Assembly: GCA_012295275.1 (NCBI GenBank) | Contig: CM022673.1 | Location: forward strand, 4,960,001 to 5,024,000 | Origin: Chrysomallon squamiferum | Taxonomy: Eukaryota; Animalia; Mollusca | DNA: 64,000 nt | Reading direction: 5' to 3' | Shown here: positions 1 to 19,455 of the stretch, in pieces | Layout: each line of letters opens with the position of its first letter | How positions within the stretch are numbered: the stretch's first letter is position 1 | Notes under the pieces: generated by a model | Databases searched by the model: none | Told to the model about the DNA's origin: nothing | What the model saw: only the letters and a program-made list of their open reading frames with translations | Program-made: the position numbers and the translations under genes

Positions 1-422
1 TTGATACTGGTAGTTTTTTTTATATCAACGAACGAATCAAAGAGATGGAAGGATGGATTAACAGATCGATGTACTGATTTATTGATCGTCTGATCAGTCG
101 AACGAATGTATTATTGTTTGCTTAGCTAATTGATTGGTAGCTGATAGACAGGTAATTAGGTACAAAAGTTGATGAATGGATAGCCACGTGTACTAATTAT
201 TATTAAGGTATTAAACTTTTCACCAATATTTCTACCTACCTCGAATTAAGACACAACCACAATAACTAATCCATCCTATAAAAAGCAACAACAAATAAAT
301 ATCTGTAAAAATAACATAAAAAACTTTTAACACAAATCTTTATTTACTCAGCTGAAACATAATTTTTCAATCCTGTTCTGGTCCAGATTTTTTTTTTTTT
401 TACTCTCCAAAAACAATTTTTA

Positions 423-453
<31 letters not shown>

Positions 454-995
454 GGCGACATCCAGTGGTTTCTGTAGGCCACGCATCAACGATTCCTATG
501 TTTTCTCAGTCATTATGAGAATGAAATTAAACGTGAAACTGGCTTTAACTACTACATTTATAAAGTATTCTCTGCCATTATTATTTGATGAATGTAACAC
601 ACGAATATTAGACGCGGGCCATCTGTTGGCTTTGTTGTTGATGGTTCTGTGCCCGTAAAATAAAAGACAGTAAAGCAAAAAAAAATTGTGAATGTTTGTG
701 ATCACACCTTGTTCTGTGTGGTCACTAGTCGAAGTGGGGACAGTTCTTACTGTTGTGTTGTGTTGTGTTGTATTTCTTTTTTTTTTCTGGAAGGTTAATA
801 ATTGTTATTGTTATGATGATGGTTTCTGAAGAGGTAGGTGGTAAGAGGTTTTAGGTAGAATACAGTGCAGTGATATAATTAAGAAAACAAATAATTGTTA
901 CTTTGTTACAGATTGTTGATTTAAATCAAATGAAATTCTTGTTTAATATAAAGCGAACAGGTATTTTTGTTATAAAATTGTATATAAATGTGTTA

Positions 996-998
<3 letters not shown>

Positions 999-1089
<91 letters not shown>
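999..1089. repeat. (GA)n microsatellite
   Basis: Perfect GA run. Similar (GA/CT)n tracts at ~8985-9046, 11030-11129, 11674-11751, 28153-28222 and 62408-62500. Confidence 0.95.
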
Positions 1090-1092
<3 letters not shown>

Positions 1093-1323
1093 ATAGATAG
1101 ATAGACAGATAGAAGTAGATAGATGGAGAGAGAGGTAGGTAGATAGATTAACAGAGAGAACGAGAAAATATAAAACAATATTAAGAAAATATCGATAATT
1201 CCAAAAATCGTTTTAGTGAAATATGCCTTTTTAAAGTTTAGTACATTTTCTAATTTATGCTGTACATTTTATCGATTTCAAACACCACAGTATTCTAATT
1301 TAAACTGTATTTTTTTTGTTTAG

Positions 1324-4300
1324 ACTAGTGAAGAACGCGCTTACAGAGAGAAACAGAGGTTTGTCAACAAACACCCGTTTTTCTGCCAGATGTCGCCCAA
1401 GTTCAAACGTCTACTCGAGCTGAGTCTACGCAAAGAAATACACGCCTATGATGAAACTCTCTTTCGTCAAGGCGATCGCGTTATTGGACTGCATTTCATT
1501 CTCAAGTACGTAGAAAAATATCCAAGTACGCCCTTCTTGGGTCCACATGGATACACACACTCTCTCTCTCACACATACAGACACTCACACACACAAACAC
1601 ACACACACTCATACTCACATACATACATACATACATACATACATACATACATACATACATACATACATACATACATACATACATACATACATACATAATT
1701 ACATACATACATACATACATACATATTAATGGTGAATTATTTAGTGGTATTTAATATTGGTCATATTGGGTGTTGTCTGCATGTATCTAACAGACTACTT
1801 CTGTTAATGGATAAAAGAAAACTTTTGTAACTGAAGAAAGTTTGACTTCCAAAAAAATTCGGACAAGAAAATTAATAACTGTCCTCCAGTGATATCGTTA
1901 AATAAAATTAATTTTTAAAATTTTTCGTTTTCCTTATTCTGTATTTATTTAAACTCTGAGTAGATATTTGGTCCAGTCATCATGGAAGGGTGTAAAGAGT
2001 AAAGATTACATTTATTTCTTTATTAATATTTTATTTTCAAAAGCTCATTTTTATAGATTTTTTTATCTAAAAACGGTAATTCTTAACAAAAATTCTTTAT
2101 CTTTACTAATCTCCATGAGTAGTAAAGTAATTCGCTCATGTTTAATTAACCAATAAGCATTCGCAGTTGTATAAATACGTTTAAATTTCAGAGGGCAAGC
2201 TCAGATCACGATGATGCCATTGCAGCATGTCAAACAGTATCCTCAGCTGTGGCCCTTTGAAGCCAGCGCGGATCTCTACGCCGTGGAATTCGACTGGCTA
2301 AGGTGAGCTCACGTGACTCGAGTCTGTCGCTGTTAACTGCTGCAGTTCTTATTAATACCTGACATACACGGCGAATGTTTAATTTAATATGGGCATACGT
2401 ATACACAGCCACAAACACTGATACATGCTACATTCACACATGCGCTTACACACAGAGATATTCATCATGCATGCGTACATACATACATATATGCGGTCAG
2501 CTTGTTCGCCTTTCTCAGTTTTATAATTAAAACAAAATAAATTATTATTTATTATTTATCTGCCTATTTTTTTTTTGTGTGTGTAACATACTGTCTTTTG
2601 TCCGTTTAGTATTTAATGAATGTATCTTATTAAAAAAAAAAAAAAAAGCCACCGTTACACAAATAATCACTTTTTATTAATAACGACCTAAATGTTTCAG
2701 AGAATCTCGTAAGAACGCCATAATAAAGAAGTACCAGAACCCTGCCGTGATTCGAACCAAGGCGGACCACGTGCTCATCAGGAGGAAGGAGGGATACGCC
2801 GCTATGGAGAAGGCCATACAGCACAAAACCGTTTCTCTGTGCGAGGTTCACAAGGGTGAAGTATTCGGAGACGTCGAGATTTTATTCAGCTTACCCACGT
2901 ACCACCAGACCGTCGTGTGCACGTCAGAGAGCGAGGTGTTCGTCCTGGACATGAAGAACTTCGACAGGCTGGTCAGCAGGCGCAACAAGCAAACGATGGA
3001 CGTGATGAGGATTCATGCCGAGACTATCCTCAAGACGAGAAAAACGCTCAGGTCGGGGAAGGAGATTCCACTTCTCGAGTACCTCCATTACAAGATCAAC
3101 GAAAACATCCTTCCACAGATCCAGAAGAAACTGCCACCTTTAGAGACGAAGAAAGCCATTCCGGACAGAGAAACCGAGCAGCTGAGAATGCTGGAGAATT
3201 TTCGAATCGGTAGAGGACCTTTGATAGAATCCTACGTGGCTGGAACCGAGTATTATAAAGATCTTATGCAAGAGAAAGCGCGACTGAGAGAGAACATCAG
3301 GAATCGTGGATCGTTCGGTTTGGAGCAGAAGGGGATATACACCAAAGTGAAAATGCCAAAACTCAGAAAGCCAAGAAGCCGGAGAGAAATTGTGAACAGT
3401 TTACGTGAAATGATGGACGCTGATCTGCTGCTGTTTAGCAGACCGTTCAGAAAGAAGACGTCGACGGTGTCGTCCAATCCAGGATCCACTAGAAGGACTT
3501 CGAAAGTGGAGAGTCTCAGTTCAGAAGCAGTTAGTAATATGAGTAAGAAAAACAAATTCGGTTCTATGGGTTCGTTGCAGTCTTTGGCTGATTCTGAACA
3601 TAGCTTTAACTCTGGCGTGATGATTATCAAAGACAAGCAGGACATCACGCCGGCTGTTTCTAGCAGAAGCCAGACGAAAACGCTGGATTCACTGAAAATA
3701 ATACACTCAACCGAGACTGTTAAGGACGATGCGGGGACATCTCATTCCCAAGAAAACGAGCCGGTTCTTGTAACAGAAACAAAACACAAAACTGCAGGCG
3801 TCCTTCCTCCAATCAGAGAAGACACCAGAGAACAGTTATCGTCTGCTAATCGCAGATCTGCAGCAGCTGCAGCGGACCGAAATACGGAGAGTTCCATTCA
3901 GCAGACGACAATAGCAGAAGCGACGAAAACGGCGGAAAAAGACACGAAAGCAGACGAAGCGACTCCTGCTGAAACATCGTCAGCGCCGATCCTCGATCTG
4001 TCTCAGCTGCAGAACGGCCACAGCGACGTCGAAGGCGAGGACGAGCCTCAGACAGCCGTGTCGACGACCAGCACGTCGAAATCCAAGTGGGCGCCGGCGT
4101 TAAAATTTGTCCAGGAGCGAATCAACGATCGTTACACGGCTCAGCTGTGCGAAAAGAACCCGCCATATGCAGACTACGAAACCAGCGAAAATACGCTTAG
4201 TTTTCTAGAGTCGAGAATAAGAAAATTCCATATTAAATATGGAGAGAGAAACAAAATGAGTCTAAAACTGCCAAAGCTAAGACGGTTTAAAGTGGAGAAT

Positions 4301-4336
4301 CCGGTAATTTTAAATATTAATTAATTATTTTATGTA

Positions 4337-4373
<37 letters not shown>

Positions 4374-5301
4374 ATCGATGTTAGTAGTACTAATAATAGT
4401 AATAGTAATGGGAATGACAACATTAGCAAAGGGAGTAGTAGTGGTAGTAGCTGCTGTTTTTGTTACTGTAGAAGAAGCAGGAACAGTAGTAATCGCTACG
4501 ATTGCAGTAAAAGCAGAAGCAGTAGAAACAATAGTTGTTGTTGTTGTTGCTGTTTTTGATAAATGGTGTAACCTAAATGCACAGAATATACATAACATAA
4601 AATATTATTATTCAATGGCCACAAAAGGTATTCACTAGCGTAAGATTTCAGAAAATATCCTACACATTTAAATACTTAATCCTGTTTATTTTGTAAGGCA
4701 AATATTGTTATCTCGGGCGTTTATTAAGTCCAATATCACAAAACAATAATAAGGGCGATTTTCGCTTACTTTTCTTTCCGCAGACATACTACTAATAATT
4801 GTCATACAAGAAAATCTGTAGCGTAAAATCAGTAGAGAGAGAGAGAGAACGAAAAATACTATATAAATGCTTCTAAATTAAAATTTAGACCGTATAATTA
4901 TTTTTAATTCAATTACGAAACAAACAAAAAACAAAAAAAAAAAAGATAAAAAAATATTTTAAAATATTGTATTATGTTTATTTATTTATTATATTATTTT
5001 ATTTTATTTTATTTCATTTGTTTATTTTCCTTGCTTTTAGCACGAAGTCGACAGTCAGCCGAAACCCGGAGGAAAAGTCTGGATCAGAAAGAGGCTGTGT
5101 CGGGTCAACGATAGTCCCATTCAGGTCAAAGGTCACGAACATATTAAATATCGTATGGTGGACGAACTGCGTGGGTTTGACAATGTGAAGAAGACTTCTG
5201 AACGGGTCATGACTTTCTTTATGCAGAGTATTCAGAACGAAGACAATAAAAAATCCCCTGTGCTAACCACAAGTCCTTCCAGTAAACTCTACCCGCCTTA
5301 G
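1324..5301 (+). CDS. Cyclic nucleotide-binding domain protein (CNBD2-like), 3' part; exons 1324-1505, 2192-2302, 2701-4303, 5041-5301
   Basis: GT-AG exons join in frame (phases 2,2,0). CNB motifs LFRQGD..GLHFILKG and GEVFGDVEILF...TVVCTSESEVFVLD, then a long low-complexity Ser/Thr/Glu/Lys tail ending ...SSKLYPP*. Upstream exons were not identified in the window. Confidence 0.85.
1620..1724. repeat. (TACA)n microsatellite
   Basis: Tetranucleotide run in an intron. Many further (ATT)n, (ACT)n, (TATG)n and (CA)n tracts occur throughout the window. Confidence 0.9.
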
Positions 5302-5898
5302 ATTCATGTTGTTACTGGAAATATAGTTTATATTACGTGTATTGTTATTTGTTGTCTTATTATTGGTAAAATGGAGGTCACAGAAGACCGTGTATTATTA
5401 TTATTATTAATTTATTTGTTTGCATGCATTTATTTTTCTATATAATATATCGAAATAAAAACGAAATAAAAAGAAGATATAAATAACGACGATGACGACA
5501 ATACATTATTTGTTAATCAAGCCTAAAAGCAGCAAAGAAAATCCAAACATGCAAACACTCACTTAGAGTACAGTACTTACTCACTGTCATACATACATAC
5601 AGACATATAAACAGACACACCAGTACATAAAAAAAAAAAAAAAAAAAAAAAAATCAGAAAAAAAAAAAAAAAAAAAAAAAAAATCGGCGGATCTGCATAA
5701 AATTGTGATTATCCAGAATTTCCCAGTTAATGGTAAACGACTAGAAGTAAACCTTCCACAGGACTAAAAAGACGCGAAATAATAACATAAAGTGAAAATA
5801 AAATTTTGCTTAACGAGTTACAGACATATTTTAAGGCTTAAGATTACATCTTTACTTTCTTAACTCTTCTTCTTCTTTTTACTACTACTATTACAATT

Positions 5899-5958
<60 letters not shown>

Positions 5959-6839
5959 TTACTTTGATTATCTATCTAACTATCTAAAGTTATGTAAAAA
6001 TGTCAAACCTCGACTGAATACAAAGTGAATGAATTAATTAGTGAAAGTCGATTTAAAGTTATTTGTCCAATAATTATTAAACGTTACACCGAGGTTGTTG
6101 AAACAACAGTCCCTGCATATAGGCTGTAGCGGAAGGAACCAACAACTATTTATATAATAGTTTTGAAGCGTGAGTTTTGTATAACACTGAAACCTGAAAA
6201 GGAATCATTGCTACAAATGTATGTGCTGTCCTCAGTGACTATTAACAACAGAGTTTTTGTTTGTCTGTGTATCTTTACCGAGAAACTGATCAGGTGATCC
6301 ATTATCTAAGGGCGACTACTCTATCACTGAATAATAGCTAGTTTTAAATATGTCGCTCTGTTGTAATTTATATATAAGATATTTAATACGGTTATAAAGT
6401 GAAGTATGATTTCACATGACTGACTGAATCAATAAATGAAAATAACGATACCTAAGACACAATGAGACCTTTACCGATAGTTTTATCAGCGTATATTATG
6501 TATGTACGTATGCATGTATGTATGTATGCATATATTTGTATGTAGATGTGTGTGCATCTATGTATGTACGTATGTTTGTATGTAAGTATATATATATATA
6601 TGTATGTTTGTATGTCCGTATGTATGTGTTTTGCTGAAAAAAATCTATTTTCGTTATCTTTATATATTGTGCTTTTCATGCTACTTCTGTGCGTTATCTT
6701 CAAGATAAAGCACCAAACGCAGGTTAAACATGGAAAAATGTCTCTTATCTTCAGCTGCCATTTGTGATCAAGATTTGTGAACTCAGCCACCTGTTAGTTC
6801 CCCCTAGTACCCTGAAAACCACACCCTTAGAAAACCAAG

Positions 6840-11388
<4,549 letters not shown>

Positions 11389-11670
11389 TACCAGCAACAT
11401 GTTATATCACTTGTTTAATAAATGCAGAAAATAAGAATTTTCTATTTTTTAAATTTATATGTTTTTAATACTATGCAGAAAGAGAGAGAGAGAGAAAAAA
11501 ACTGTTACAAGAAGAACCACTAAAGAACTAAACCCTTGAAGAGGTCTCTCTTGATTTGGTGTTCAATATTAAAATATATCAGTCGAAAACTGTTCAGTTA
11601 TTGTTCATATGGTTTCGTATGTCGTAAGTTTATATATAATATATTAGCATACTTAAGGCTTTCTTCTTTT

Positions 11671-11755
<85 letters not shown>

Positions 11756-11819
11756 GTAAGTTAAATAAGAAAAGACAAACGAAAGATCACTGTTTTTATC
11801 TGTCGATTGTTTTTATTAT

Positions 11820-12472
11820 TTACTGAGTTGGCGTGATGTGGAAGTGATGTGCAAGCTCGTTCGTTCTGAAATAATAATAACAGAAATACAATACGAATAA
11901 CAGCAACAACAAGACCAAACTCAGTAAAAATAGTTAGAAGAAGAACAACAGTAACAATATAAATAGAAAGAACAACAATCAAAACAGCAAGAAGAATAAA
12001 AGTAAAAATAATAATAATAACACCACAACCACCACCACCATCATCAACAGCAGCAGCAGCAGCAACAACAACAACAACAACAACAACAAGAATAACAATA
12101 GTAATAATAAATAAATAGTTAAATAAAACTCTAACAAAATTAAAATAATACAACACTATTTTAGTTGCACTAGTTAAATGACTGCAAATCTTGGCACTTT
12201 ATAAATCAGGAAAGAGAAAAAATGAGACAGGCCACCATTTTCGGTTTACGGTCGGCAGCTAAAGATAACATGATAACAATGGCAAAAACAGGATGACGGA
12301 GAAGCTTAGCCAGTACTCGTGACTGTGAATGTTCCTAACAGTTAAAACGACAACAATGTTAGACAGTGCTCGGAAACGTCTGCTCAGAATCAGCCAATGG
12401 ATGATCATTGCTGATGATCAGCTTCCAGTATGGGCAGATAGAACCGAGAAACAGATAAAACACTTTTTATTT

Positions 12473-12509
<37 letters not shown>

Positions 12510-13388
12510 TATATACCAACCCTTTACAGGCCACTTTGCAAGCTGACACCATGATGGAGTTGTGGAAGAGAGTTGGACAGGCAGCTTCACAGGTAGCTTC
12601 TGACTCCTGGGTTCCAATAGTGTCAACTATTGTCTGCACCACAGACTTTATTTCATTAACGTGCAGAAACTTACCAACAGCCGACAGAACTGAAATAGTA
12701 GCAGTAGCAGCAGTAGTAGTAGTAGTAGTAGTAGTAATAATAATAAAAATATTAATGATAATGATAATGATAATAACAATAATAATAACAACAACAATAA
12801 CAATAAAAATAATAATTTATATTATAATTATAAAACAATAACAACAACAGCAATAACAATAAAAAATAAAATAACAATAATAACAACAGTAATAATAATA
12901 TACCCATGATGATGGCTTTGATGATGGTAATAGTAATAATAATAATGATGATGAAAACCTACAAAAATAGTAAAGATGATCATAGTGATAATTATAACAG
13001 CAATAATAATAGCAATAGCAACAACAACAACAACAACAGCCAACAATAATAATAATAACAAAAACAATAACAACAACAACAATAACAAGAAATATAACAA
13101 TAATAATATCAACAACAGCGACAGAAAATGGAAGTACAGCAAAAAAAAAAAAACCTACCGGATATGATGTTATTAACAACAATAAGAACGACGACAACAA
13201 CAACTATGATGAGTACTAAGAGGATAACAATGCTGCCAAACAAAGCAATAAATACAAATACAACATACAAATTGACTGGATACTGTATTCTTAACAATAA
13301 CATCAAAAACAACAACAATAATAACAGTTAAAAAAATACAACAACAGTAACATTAAAAATAGGTTAAAAAACCTTTAAATATATTAAA

Positions 13389-13432
<44 letters not shown>

Positions 13433-13812
13433 AAATTGTTCATCGGAAAGTTTTAACAATCACTAAAAAAACTAGTGAAATAAAAAATGTATACATGTAT
13501 TATAACTTCTGAAATTTATTCATACTTATCACCACTTAAGTCAAAATCTACGCTATAGGAAGACAGATCTTTCTTAATACTTTCAGTAACAAGATGGTTT
13601 CCTCTGTTTTAATAAACGAAATGGTTTCTATAACTATAAATGGCTACATACGTTTTTCGCATATTCATATTACTGCTTCGAGATATAAAGCCAATTACAG
13701 TGTTATTGCAATATGTAATATAATATGTTATCTTACTTTCATTAAGGTTTCGTTTCTCTGGGACGGAAACGGCGAAGGGCACAAGAAGAACGAGAATAAA
13801 AACGAGCTTCAT
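11820..13812 (-). CDS. Small secreted prepropeptide, paralog A; exons 13812-13737, 12689-12521, 11865-11820
   Basis: [96 protein letters not shown]. Intron phases 1 and 2, identical to paralogs B and C. Confidence 0.9.
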
Positions 13813-14394
13813 TTTGAATCAGGCCTGAAGAAGATGAAAAGTAATGAGGCTGTTGTTTGTAACTCTTAATACAATTCATTTGTTGTTTAAAGAAACACGT
13901 GAGACACATACAGTAATTTAAATATTTTGTTAACTAGAAGAACTATTATGAATTTTGTATTATTTATACCGAATAAAAATATATTATTATTGTTATTAAA
14001 AAATTATTATTTTTTCAATATTTTTGTTTTTAATTATTAAATTAACTGATTAATTGATTAACTTAATTTTAAAAAATATAAATTATCGATTTCTACTACT
14101 ACTTCTGCTAGTAATACTATCACTACTACTACTACTACTACTACCTCTGCTGTTACTACTACTACTACTACTACTGTTATTATTACTATTACTATTTTTA
14201 TTTTTTAAAACCGGTAGCAACATAAAAAAAGAGAAAAAGTTATAAGATTAATTTAATAAACTCAAACGTAATAAACTAATGAATGTATTTTGATAGAATC
14301 TGTCAAAAGCAAAGGTAGAACGTAGATGTAAATATATCCAGCAATCTGTCATTGAGATTCTGTAATAACTTACTGATAAAGTTAAATTCCTTAC

Positions 14395-14500
14395 CTGTTA
14401 CGTAACTGCACACAAATGCAGCAAAATGTCTGCTTATATAGACAGAGTGAGAGGAGTGTCTCTCAGTTTTCAGATAAAAGTGACCAACCTTGATGCGCAA
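14395..14500 (-). promoter_or_regulatory. TATA/Inr core promoter and short non-coding exon 1 of paralog A
   Basis: TATATAA at 14440-14434, CAGTT initiator-like ~30 nt downstream, donor CAG|GTAAGG at 14395/14394. GATA site at 14472-14477 and TGATGCGCAA at ~14491-14500. Confidence 0.6.
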
Positions 14501-14578
14501 ATTGTTTTTCCCATGTCTCTAATCTTTTAAAAAAAAAAAATTAAATTTTTTTTAATGCACTTAGTGACGTATTCATAG

Positions 14579-14616
<38 letters not shown>

Positions 14617-17181
14617 ACTGTCTATGTATATATATATATATTATTTTCCTTTTTCGTTTTCTTTTAATTTGTTTTCCTTTTTATTTTGTAATATTTATTT
14701 AATTTCTTACTTATTTAATTGTGTATGGATATTTTGTTGTTGTTGCTATATATTATATATTCTGTAAAATGTAAACAGAGAAATAAGCAAAGTAAAAAAA
14801 AACAAAAAAAAACACACACCTATAATTAATTTCAATAAATAAAAAAATTAAGATGTTAGTCTTTTGAAAGATAATTAAAAAACAAAACAATAATATTAAT
14901 CGCAAAATAAGATATACTTCGATATATAATTTTTTTATTATTATTATTGTTTCTTTAAAAAAAATAAATAAATAATAATAAGAACTATATAACAATCTAA
15001 CCATAACCCTGAATTTTATCTATATTAGGCGAAGTGTACCCATATTGAGCCTCTGACATTTCTCAGCCTGTGATTGGTTGAAAGGTGTTTTGACACAACT
15101 GTGTCATACCTCGGTCGACATCGTGCATGTTGTCATATTAAAGATGGTGAAAGGTCAACCGACGCGAAAAAATCGAGGAAAAATCGTATTTCTCCCATTT
15201 AAATGTGACTTTTTGCTATTTTTATAAGTATGTAGTGCTGGTAGGTATATAGATGCATTAGTAGGATATTACATATTTGTAGGTTAGGACACAGTCTTTG
15301 CACATGAGGATCGAAAAAGTTGAATTTCATGAAAATCAGTTGCGGGTATTTTTACGTCTAGTGCGACATACTGAATCACGATGCCGACCGTGTATTGAAC
15401 AACTGGTTCAATATAGGTTCTGCCCGGATCATGAACTGAAGGAATAAATATGCAAAAGGCGATAAAAAAATAGTTCGTGCATGTTACCAGAAGAACTGGA
15501 ACAGTCGCTTGTTGACTGTATTTTGGAGTTAGAGAGTTGGACTGAATCGTAAATGCGTTTTACGACACAAAAATTCCGATAGTTTTACTTTTATATGTTT
15601 TTCAAAACAATAATTCTGAATTATATCTTTGACGCAATGAATATGCTGTTTTGAAATGATGGTTGTTTCCTTTATTCCTTTTTATTATTTTTCTAATCCT
15701 AGTTTCAAATCTACATCCCTTCTATGGTGCAGCAGTGTCAGTTAGGTGATAGAGAATGTAGTGAAAACGGAATTTACAAAGGATACATGGAATTTCCTAT
15801 ATTGAAACACTTTGTCCTTATAGTGAAGCCCCGGTTCAATGTAAGTCATGGGGACCCAAAATTGAACCTTTGTCGATATTTTTTATTTGGTGCTAAAACT
15901 TGGAGTTTATAAGTAACTTTTTTTCTTTTTCTTTTTTCACTTTACGAGGTTGTTAGGGCATCTAACATCTATCAACTACGACCAGATCGATCTTCGTTGA
16001 TTTCGTCTGGACTTAGCCATGAAGGTCAGAAGCGAGGATGTTCAGTATATCTACTCTTCCTCTATGATTAAAATTGTCCTGTACTGTGTGGCAAATAGCC
16101 TTCATATGTTACAAATTTCTAAATAAAAAATATTACTGTATTTATTTTCTTAATAAAGTGATTTTAGAAAATATAATAAAAACTGAAAATTAACATGGAG
16201 GCTATTATCTTAATTATTTCTTATCTTCTTGTGACGTCATATCGTACGTAGAAATGTTGTTAGGCCTACTTCAATGACAAACTGACAGATAAGGAGGCAA
16301 ATTTTCCGGTAATTATCTTGACATGAAATTTATTCTGAAAGCTTTAAAGACATACAGTTTTAGTGGTAGATAAAGTCATTTTGTAGTTATTACCAGCACT
16401 TTTCTTTAAGAATTAACGTTAACCTAACGTTGAGACGTTTTTTTTTTTACCGGTCATCATGGGAAGTATTTGGCCTGGCACATTATCATACCCTGTTCAA
16501 CAAAGTGTTTTATAGTGGTTGTAGAGTCATAGTATCACACACGCACGCACGCACACACATATACACACACACAGAGACACACACATATGAGACATTTAAC
16601 TAGTGAGCTGAGAAATAACGGATTACTGTAGTGTAATATTTTGCTGCCTCGCTAACTGGGATTGTATTCTTAGTTTGCTGGCTGAAGATCTAAGGCTACA
16701 GAAGAAAGTACATTTAGACGCAATATGCTTTAATGTATTGCTTTTCTTGTATCTGTTGAGATTTGTGTACGAGTGTGTTTGTATGTGACTCTGTTGGTGT
16801 ATACGTGTGTGACTGATGTGTGACAGACAGACAAAAGTTAGATGGAAAGATTGATTGACAGATAAATAGAAAAATAGATAAAATAAACCAACAAAAAACA
16901 AGTAAAGAAGGAAAGAAAGAAAAAACAAATGAACACCCCCTCCCCCCAAAAAAAAAACACCTAATAAAATAAGAAAGTAAATAAATAAATAAACAAACAA
17001 ATAAGTCGGAAGGGACAAAATTCTTGTCTCTGAATTTCTGCAATTCGTGAAATGATTTAAAATATATCAGAACCAACAAGGAACTCCATCTTGTTCCACC
17101 GTCTTTGTTTACAACAAAAGAAAACAAAGCATAATTTAAAAGTTTGTGGTTATTTTATTAAATACAGCTTTGTGATGGAAT

Positions 17182-17795
17182 TTATGCTGTTGGGAGGATA
17201 TGGAAGTGATGAGCGAGTTCCTGAGTTCTGAAATAATAAATTATAAACAAATTATAAAATATTATTAATAGTAGTAGTAGTAGTAGTAATAATGGCAACA
17301 GAGTAATAGTAGTAATAGTAGTAGTAGTAGTATTGTTAGTAGTACAGTAGTAGTAGTACTACTAGCATAGTATAGTAGTAGTAGCAGTAGTATAGTAATA
17401 GTAGTACTAGTACTAGCATATTAGTAATACTACTTGTAGTAGTAGCAGAAGCAACAGAATTGGTTATAGTAGTAATAACAAGAAAACAGACAAGAAAAGA
17501 AGCAGATATAAAATAAAACAATCTTGAAACAAAACACAACAGTGGCTCTTTAAAACGTACCCTTTGCATGCGACTCTGCACGCGGATACCCCGATGGAGT
17601 TGTGGAACAGGTTGGGACAGGCCGATTCGCATTCCGACTCGGTCTGGTCGGTTCCAATGTTATCCACAATGGTCTGGACAACAGATTTCAGTTCATTGAG
17701 GTGAAGAAATTGACCAGCAGCGGACAAAACTAAAAATGAAGAAATAGATGATGATGGTGATGATGATGAAGCATGCTATGATGATACATGATATC

Positions 17796-17853
<58 letters not shown>

Positions 17854-17903
17854 TTTTCGATGTGTTAATATTCTGTGATACACATTTGGGGTCAGAGCTG
17901 TTC

Positions 17904-17937
<34 letters not shown>

Positions 17938-18577
17938 AAGTTTGGTCCGTTTTTGCAGTGTTAACAAAGCAAATGATAAGAAGTTCATCGTATTAATTTC
18001 TATAAATAGTTGAAACATTTTTAGTTTAATATACCAAACATTTGAATTAATTGAAAAATATTAATTATTGCACTCATTAGTATAGGTATATTTTAATTTA
18101 AATAGATGTTATTAATTTTGAACTGATTATTATACTGATGAGTAAATATAAATTAAAAATGCCTGAATTTATTAAAATATTATCAATACATACACATACA
18201 TACACAGATACCTACCTACATACATACATATACACGCTTGCATAGACAAACACACACACACACACACATATACATCATACACACACCTATGTTTGTATGA
18301 ATATAACACACACACAAAGAAAACAACATTTATACAGTAAATTATTTAAATGTCGATTATTATTAACTGAGTTATGATAACACGCAACTTTTGTTCTACG
18401 TGTTTATGCAGTTAGCGATTTTCTAATTTACGGGTTTCGATTAATGAAGATCAAGAGTAGATTATCTGAACTTGTAGTTGGTTATTAACATGCAGACTTA
18501 CTATCATGAAGACTTCGTTCTTCAGGGGCAGAGAAAGCCAGAGGAAGAAGAACAAGGAGAAGGAAAACAAGCTTCAT
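17182..18577 (-). CDS. Small secreted prepropeptide, paralog B; exons 18577-18502, 17729-17561, 17227-17182
   Basis: [102 protein letters not shown] (minus strand) at ~17154-17159. Confidence 0.9.
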
Positions 18578-18764
18578 TTTGATTTGAATCTGAAAACAGA
18601 ACCCAGTTTAATTATTATAGAGTATTGAATTTAACAGAAAAAAATAAATAAATGAATAGATAAAAAAATAAAATAAAATTATATAGATAGATAGATTAAT
18701 TAATTATTAAAATAATAAAATAAAATAAAATTAATTATTTTGAAATAATTACAAAATATTTTTA

Positions 18765-18804
<40 letters not shown>

Positions 18805-19363
18805 TACTGAGATAAAATATAAATAAATAAATAAATAAATAAATAAGTAAATAAATAAAATAAAATTACGAAAAAAAAAATAATAAAGAAAAAAGGTTAT
18901 CTAATTTAAAACAGTAAATTAATCCAATAGTTTATTGTGTTTCATGATTCAGAAAATTTATTAAATGCATTTTTATAGATCGCTTTGCTTATGATTTGTT
19001 GTAAAAAAAAATAAAAAATTAGTAGACCGATATCAACTTTCCTAAGTTAAAGCATTGTTCAGACGGAGCAATTCTAAATGATAATCTCTTGAATATTATA
19101 TTGTGCTGTATTGTGTATTATATAATTATTGTATTACACCTTATTGTATTACATCTTATTGTATTATATTATATTGTATTTTATGTATTATATATACATA
19201 TATATGATAATTTCAGATTAAGAAATGAAACTAAAATAGTGTCCATTTAATAAGTGAAAATTTAAGTACATCTTATTTTATAACATTTTTGAGGAAGTTT
19301 AATCTGAATTAGAAGATGCACTGACACAGAAAATAAGAGAGAACAAATAATTTCTATTCTTAC

Positions 19364-19455
19364 CTGTCGCAGACAAAGACTGGTGAAAGTTTCGCTGAAA
19401 GCTATTATTATAGGGGATAACAAAAAAGTGGGCCATGACGTCACGAGAGATAACC
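19364..19455 (-). promoter_or_regulatory. Core promoter and non-coding exon 1 of paralog B
   Basis: TATAATAA at 19412-19405, donor CAG|GTAAGA at 19364/19363, perfect CRE TGACGTCA at 19436-19443 flanked by GATAA sites. Confidence 0.6.

Noticed and set aside
13520-13605. Possible extra exon in paralog A intron
   Set aside because: It contains an in-frame stop and has no counterpart in paralogs B or C.
15010-16070. Higher-complexity intergenic block, possible transposon relic
   Set aside because: No terminal repeats, TSD or transposase/RT motifs could be identified.
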